This document shows, in pieces, positions 59,060-64,000 of a stretch of DNA of 64,000 nucleotides (positions are counted from its first letter, which is position 1; each line of letters starts with the position of its first letter). The notes under the pieces were generated by a model, which worked only from the letters and a program-made list of their open reading frames with translations, was not told the origin of the DNA and did not search any database. A program made the translations under genes and the position numbers. The stretch is from Candidatus Omnitrophota bacterium (GTDB lineage: Bacteria; Omnitrophota; Gorgyraeia; Zapsychrales; Zapsychraceae), in the NCBI GenBank assembly GCA_029261055.1, contig JAJDCA010000044.1:141867-205866 (forward strand), written 5' to 3'.

Positions 59060-59164
59060 ATGAAAGAAATTATCACACACAACTTATTTCTAAAATTAAT
59101 CGCCTTAATGCTCGCTGTTATGACATGGTATTGGATTCATAATAGTGGCGTATTGATTAAATAA
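59060..59164 (+). CDS. 34-aa membrane peptide resembling the N-terminal TM anchor of CdaR (absent from the ORF track)
   Basis: MKEIITHNLFLKLIALMLAVMTWYWIHNSGVLIK, starting 4 nt after the cdaA stop; matches the N-x3-K-l-l-x-l-x-L-A-x3-W pattern of CdaR/YbbR N-termini. Confidence 0.65.
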   Translation: MKEIITHNLFLKLIALMLAVMTWYWIHNSGVLIK

Positions 59165-59188
59165 GAAATCAGCTAAAAAACCACTCTC

Positions 59189-59902
59189 ATGGCAAAACTC
59201 GGTGTTAATATTGACCACGTGGCGACTCTTCGCCAAGCAAGAAGGGAAGATGACCCAGATCCCATACTGGCAGCCCAAATCGCTGAAGAGGCTGGTGCGG
59301 ATAGTATTGTTGCACATCTACGAGAAGACCGTCGTCACATCCAAGATAAGGATATTCGTACCCTTCGTAAAACAGTTAAGACACGTCTTAACCTTGAAAT
59401 GTCTCTCCATAAAGAAATTGTCGAAATTGCCGCACGTATCCGTCCCTATCAAGCTACTCTTGTTCCTGAAAAACGTGAAGAAATCACCACTGAGGGGGGA
59501 TTAGATGTTGTTCGTCATTTTCACAAAATCAAGAATGCAGGGGACATATTAAAGAAAAAAGGTATTGAGGTAAGCTTATTTATTGATCCCGTCAAAAAAC
59601 AAATTGATAAAACAAAAGAAGCCGGCATCCATATTATTGAATTACACACAGGAAAATATGACCGTGTTAAAACAAAATTAGCCCAGGCCAAAGAACTTGA
59701 AAAACTCAAAGCGATGACAAAATACGCGCAAAGTAAAGGCATTCTCGTTAATGCTGGCCACGGATTGAAATACCACAACACCAAAGCCATTGCACGTATC
59801 AAAGGTATGGAAGAACTTAATATTGGCCATTCCATTATCGCACGCGCAGTTTTTGTAGGACTCAAAAAAGCCATTGAAGAAATGGTTGAAATCGTCAGAT
59901 GA
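59189..59902 (+). CDS. pdxJ: Pyridoxine 5'-phosphate synthase
   Basis: LGVNIDHVATLRQAR, HLREDRRHIQD, TTEGGLD, NAGHGL. Confidence 0.97.
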   Translation: MAKLGVNIDHVATLRQARREDDPDPILAAQIAEEAGADSIVAHLREDRRHIQDKDIRTLRKTVKTRLNLEMSLHKEIVEIAARIRPYQATLVPEKREEITTEGGLDVVRHFHKIKNAGDILKKKGIEVSLFIDPVKKQIDKTKEAGIHIIELHTGKYDRVKTKLAQAKELEKLKAMTKYAQSKGILVNAGHGLKYHNTKAIARIKGMEELNIGHSIIARAVFVGLKKAIEEMVEIVR

Positions 59903-60249
59903 TTTTAGGCACAGGCATTGACATCATAGAAGTTGATCGCATTCAAAAGGCAATTGAGCGTTGGGGCAAAAATTTTTTAAATCATGTTTTTACCCCGGAA
60001 GAAATAAAATTTGCACAGAAGTTTAAATTTCCATACCAATATTATGCGGCCCGCTTTGCTGCTAAAGAAGCCATTTACAAAGCCATCAGTAATAACCCTA
60101 AACTTGGATGGAAAGATATGACCATATTAAATGATAAAAATGGCAAACCGTATTGTGTACTCAAAGATAAACAATTTAAAAATAAAATTGAACTCTCACT
60201 TTCACATACCCATAATTACGCCGTAGCCAGTGCCATCGTGATGGAATAA
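59899..60249 (+). CDS. acpS: Holo-ACP synthase
   Basis: GTGIDIIE, AARFAAKEA, LSLSH. Confidence 0.95.
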   Translation: MILGTGIDIIEVDRIQKAIERWGKNFLNHVFTPEEIKFAQKFKFPYQYYAARFAAKEAIYKAISNNPKLGWKDMTILNDKNGKPYCVLKDKQFKNKIELSLSHTHNYAVASAIVME

Positions 60250-60251
60250 TC

Positions 60252-61106
60252 ATGAAACTACCCTCTGCATTATCCCGCCGAAAACTCAATGTTCACAAAA
60301 ATCAATTTGGTCATGTTTTGATATTAGCCGGTTCACAGCGTTATCTTGGGGCCGCGGCCTTGTGTGGATTATCCGCCATGCGTTCTGGTGCAGGACTTGT
60401 TACGGTTGGTGTGCCCAAAAGTCTGAATATAACAGCACAAAAGAAAATGGTCCATGTGCTAATGACGTGGCCGCTTCAGGAAACTAAAGAAGGGACCTTA
60501 GCCTCAAGCGCTTTTCGACACATTAAAGAGGCCTATGCCTCTTACAATGTTATTGCCCTTGGACCAGGATTATCCCAAAATCCAAGCACCCAAAGGCTTA
60601 TTCTCAAAATTATTGCCACATCGCCAATCCCCTTGGTTATTGATGCTGATGCCCTTAATGCCTTAGCTCAAAACTTGGATATTTTGAAAAAAACGTCTAC
60701 TCCAAAAATTCTAACCCCACATCCAGGCGAAATGGCACGATTGTTGAACTGTCCAAAAACAAATATTGAAAAAAATAGGGAACACCTTGCACTTACTTTT
60801 GCACAAAAACATTCCTGTACACTGTTACTAAAAGGCCATAAAACCGTAGTAGCCTCTCCGGGCCATAAAACATACATCAACACAACCGGTAACCCCGGCA
60901 TGGCCACAGCCGGTAGCGGCGATGTTTTAACCGGCATGATTGCTGCTTTCCTTGCCCAAGGGCTTTCCAGCTTTGACGCTGCTAAATACGGCGCTTATCT
61001 TCATGGGTTGGCTGGGGATCTAGCTGCCAAAAATAAACCCCCTATTTCAATGATCGCAACAGATCTTATTGATGCTATTTCTAAAACTATAAAAAATGCA
61101 AAATAA
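60252..61106 (+). CDS. nnrD: ADP-dependent NAD(P)H-hydrate dehydratase
   Basis: [36 protein letters not shown]. Confidence 0.94.
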   Translation: MKLPSALSRRKLNVHKNQFGHVLILAGSQRYLGAAALCGLSAMRSGAGLVTVGVPKSLNITAQKKMVHVLMTWPLQETKEGTLASSAFRHIKEAYASYNVIALGPGLSQNPSTQRLILKIIATSPIPLVIDADALNALAQNLDILKKTSTPKILTPHPGEMARLLNCPKTNIEKNREHLALTFAQKHSCTLLLKGHKTVVASPGHKTYINTTGNPGMATAGSGDVLTGMIAAFLAQGLSSFDAAKYGAYLHGLAGDLAAKNKPPISMIATDLIDAISKTIKNAK

Positions 61107-61737
61107 AAAAAATAATAAATTAATTCCTCCTAATGAAGAAAAACGTATCCTTATGCACTCTTGCTGTGCGCCATGTTCTGGAGGCATTATGGAATCCATG
61201 CTGGATGCCAAAATTAATTTTACAATATTTTTTTACAACCCCAATATTCACCCTCAAGATGAATATCTTATTCGAAAAAATGAAAATAAGAGATTCGCAC
61301 AAAAAATGAATATTCCCTTTATCGATGCCGATTATGATTCAAATACTTGGTTTAAACGTGCCAAAGGCTTGGAATTAGAACCGGAACGAGGGAAACGCTG
61401 TACGATGTGTTTTGACATGCGTTTTGAACGAACCGCCTTATATGCGTATGAACACGGATTTAAAACCATCACAAGTAGCTTAGGCATTTCCCGTTGGAAA
61501 GATCTCACGCAAGTCACAGAATGTGGCATGCGCGCTGCCAGCCGCTATCCAAACCTCGTATATTGGACCTACAATTGGCGTAAGGGTGGTGGCTCGCAAC
61601 GCATGTATGAACTCGCAAAACAGGAAGAATTCTACAAACAAGAATATTGTGGTTGCTCGTATTCTCTGCGAGATACAAACACTTGGCGCAAAGAAAAAGG
61701 CTTGCCTAAGCTTGAGAGGGGTGTAAATTTTTATTAA
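61096..61737 (+). CDS. queH: Epoxyqueuosine reductase QueH (DUF208)
   Basis: [31 protein letters not shown]. Confidence 0.94.
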   Translation: MQNKKNNKLIPPNEEKRILMHSCCAPCSGGIMESMLDAKINFTIFFYNPNIHPQDEYLIRKNENKRFAQKMNIPFIDADYDSNTWFKRAKGLELEPERGKRCTMCFDMRFERTALYAYEHGFKTITSSLGISRWKDLTQVTECGMRAASRYPNLVYWTYNWRKGGGSQRMYELAKQEEFYKQEYCGCSYSLRDTNTWRKEKGLPKLERGVNFY

Positions 61738-61812
61738 TTCTACCGGAAATTTGATGTATAGATATGTTATACTTACCAATGAGTTAAGAATTACACAATA
61801 AACCAAAAAATT

Positions 61813-62769
61813 ATGAAACTAATCATCCAAATCCCATGCCTTAACGAAGAAGAAAGCTTGCCAAAGACCTTGGCAGATCTGCCTAAATCTATTGACGGTA
61901 TTGACAAAATTGAGATTTTAATTATTGATGATGGCAGCACCGATAGAACCTCAGAAGTGGCCCGCTCCCATGGCGTTGATCATATTGTACGATTAACAAA
62001 AAGAAAGGGTCTTGCCAAAGTTTTTCAAACAGGGGTCGATGCCGCTTTAAAAAAAGGGGCCGACATTATCGTCAATACCGATGCGGATGGACAATACAAG
62101 GGAAAAGATATTCCCCGGCTTGTACAACCTATTATTGAAGGCAAGGCAGATATTGTCATCGGCAACCGGGATATTGAAAACGTTAAACAATTTTCATGGT
62201 TAAAAAAACGTTTACAACGCCTGGGAAGCTGGGTCGTTCGACAACTAGCCGGATCAAATATTACCGATGCGACAACTGGATTCCGGGCCTACAATCGTGA
62301 AGCTGCGTTACGCCTAAATATTATCTCAGAATACACCTACACTTTAGAAAGTATTATCCAAGCAGAACATAAAAGTTTAGCTATCGGCAATATCACCATT
62401 TCAACAAACAGGGTGGATCGAAAGTCTCGATTATTTAAAAATATTCCCGAATATATCAAACGCTCGCTGATGACCATGATCCGTGTTTATTCAATGTTCA
62501 ATCCTTTAAGATTATTCCTTACCACTGGCGCCGGAATGATTTGTATTGGAACCTTGATTGGATGCCGATTTTTGTTTTATTACATGCTAAATCAAGGAGG
62601 CGGACACATTCAGTCATTAATCCTTGCTGCTGTTTTTATGATTATTGGATTTCAATTACTCATTGTGGGACTTATCTCAGATCTTATTTCCGCTAATCGT
62701 AGACTTATCGAAGATGCCCTTTTACGCGTGAAAAAAATAGAATTAAAAATCCGAGATGGATTGAAGTAA
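61813..62769 (+). CDS. GT2 family glycosyltransferase with C-terminal TM helices
   Basis: IQIPCLNEE, IDDGSTD, NTDADGQY, DATTGFRAY. Confidence 0.92.
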   Translation: MKLIIQIPCLNEEESLPKTLADLPKSIDGIDKIEILIIDDGSTDRTSEVARSHGVDHIVRLTKRKGLAKVFQTGVDAALKKGADIIVNTDADGQYKGKDIPRLVQPIIEGKADIVIGNRDIENVKQFSWLKKRLQRLGSWVVRQLAGSNITDATTGFRAYNREAALRLNIISEYTYTLESIIQAEHKSLAIGNITISTNRVDRKSRLFKNIPEYIKRSLMTMIRVYSMFNPLRLFLTTGAGMICIGTLIGCRFLFYYMLNQGGGHIQSLILAAVFMIIGFQLLIVGLISDLISANRRLIEDALLRVKKIELKIRDGLK

Positions 62770-62773
62770 AAGA

Positions 62774-63988
62774 ATGAACATTCTCTTTCTCACATCAACA
62801 TTTCCCCGTTTTAATAATGACAGCCAGGCCCCATTTGTTTTAGAACAAGCCCAAGCATGGCAAAAACATAGACCTGAGGACAAAGTTTTCATTTTGGCCC
62901 CGCATGACCCACAAGCAAAAAAAAATGAACAACTTGATGGTATTCAAATTTATCGCTTCCAGTATTGGTGGCCGGCTAAACTTCAAATTTTAGCCTATCC
63001 GGCAATTCTTCCGAATCTCAAGAAAAACCCTATTTCAATTCTCCAATTACCATTCTTTTTACTATCAGAATTCTTCGCTGCTTTAAAACTCATTAAAAAA
63101 CATAAAATCAATTTATTGTATGCTCATTGGGTTATGCCTCAAGGATTAATAGCTTATGTGACGAAAAAAATAAATGGAACCCCTTACGCATTGCAAAATC
63201 ATTCTTCCGATTTAAGAATTTTTAATAAACTTCCAATTTTTGGTAAATTTCTAGCACGCAAAATTATTAAAAGCTCTCAAAAACTTTTTTGTGTTAATTC
63301 ACTTCTAAAGAAGGAAGCCTTAGAATTCTTTAATAACGCGGATCAAACTGCTATAAATGACAAAATTTCTGTTTTACCAATGGGAGTGAATTATTCATCT
63401 ATTTACAATCCATCTCCAACAAAACATCACAAATATACCTTTGGCTTTATCGGTAGGCTAAGCAAAAAAAAAGGTATTAATTTCTTTATTCAGGCATTAC
63501 AAAAATTAAAACAAGAGGGGGCATCTTTTAGTTCTGTGATAGCTGGAGATGGGGAAGAAAAAAATAATTTACTACAATTATCTAAAAATATGCCCGTTGA
63601 ATTTACCGGTTTTGTTTCAAAAGAAAAAAAGAAAGATTTCTTTGATCAGACAAAATTTATCATTTTCCCTTCATATGCAACAGGCGGTGATATTGAAGGC
63701 CTCCCCGTAGCTTTACTTGAAGCTCTATCTCTTGGAAAAATTGTGATTGCCACTGACGCCACGAACATTAAACTTTTGCCTGAATGGCCCCACATTAAAG
63801 ATGCTATTTTCATACTAAATAACCCCGAAAATATCCAAGAATTTACACAACTATTACATAAACTGCTAGACTTACAAAATGACTTTATCGAAACACAAAG
63901 TAACAACCTAAAAGAAATTGTCAAAAAATATCAATGGGATAATTTAATCAAAGAATATAATGTATTTTTTACTAAAAAAATTTCGTAG
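62774..63988 (+). CDS. GT4 family glycosyltransferase
   Basis: LTSTFPRF, AHWVMPQG, GRLSKKKG, EGLPVALLEA. Confidence 0.9.
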   Translation: MNILFLTSTFPRFNNDSQAPFVLEQAQAWQKHRPEDKVFILAPHDPQAKKNEQLDGIQIYRFQYWWPAKLQILAYPAILPNLKKNPISILQLPFFLLSEFFAALKLIKKHKINLLYAHWVMPQGLIAYVTKKINGTPYALQNHSSDLRIFNKLPIFGKFLARKIIKSSQKLFCVNSLLKKEALEFFNNADQTAINDKISVLPMGVNYSSIYNPSPTKHHKYTFGFIGRLSKKKGINFFIQALQKLKQEGASFSSVIAGDGEEKNNLLQLSKNMPVEFTGFVSKEKKKDFFDQTKFIIFPSYATGGDIEGLPVALLEALSLGKIVIATDATNIKLLPEWPHIKDAIFILNNPENIQEFTQLLHKLLDLQNDFIETQSNNLKEIVKKYQWDNLIKEYNVFFTKKIS

Positions 63989-64000
63989 TTTTTTTCATTG

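Noticed and set aside
31364-61106. nnrE and nnrD encoded separately, about 28 kb apart
   Set aside because: Split NnrE/NnrD arrangements are common and not novel.

Overview
AT-rich bacterial chromosomal window with almost all genes on the + strand. Heptose/LPS, outer-membrane beta-barrel and lipoprotein genes indicate a diderm, and the gene content and order would fit a PVC-superphylum organism such as Omnitrophota (inference only). Housekeeping blocks (ptsI 3' end, tex, hldD, pabB/pabC, era, nnrE, nth, rpsU, purH, folC, mnmE, mrp, tRNA-Met, tilS-ftsH-folP-cdaA-pdxJ-acpS-nnrD-queH, glycosyltransferases) alternate with accessory blocks: a secreted GH-A hydrolase, a lipoprotein/DUF4105 cluster and two toxin-antitoxin pairs. 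Main findings: (1) a divergent chaperone-usher-like pilus operon (8.5-14.4 kb) faces a 92-aa secreted protein that copies the major pilin's N-terminal strand (12/18 identical); (2) that small gene lies behind a c-di-GMP-I riboswitch with a 65-nt two-hairpin insertion in its conserved core, plus an SD-sequestering hairpin; (3) an Xre/RES TA cassette is bracketed by a synonymously diverged 54-bp duplicate of the mrp 3' end, and abrupt C/A-ending codon patches occur at the 3' ends of mrp, tex and spoU; (4) a 34-aa mini-CdaR follows cdaA; (5) three families of dispersed palindromic intergenic repeats. No CRISPR array, rRNA, integrase or transposase was recognised.
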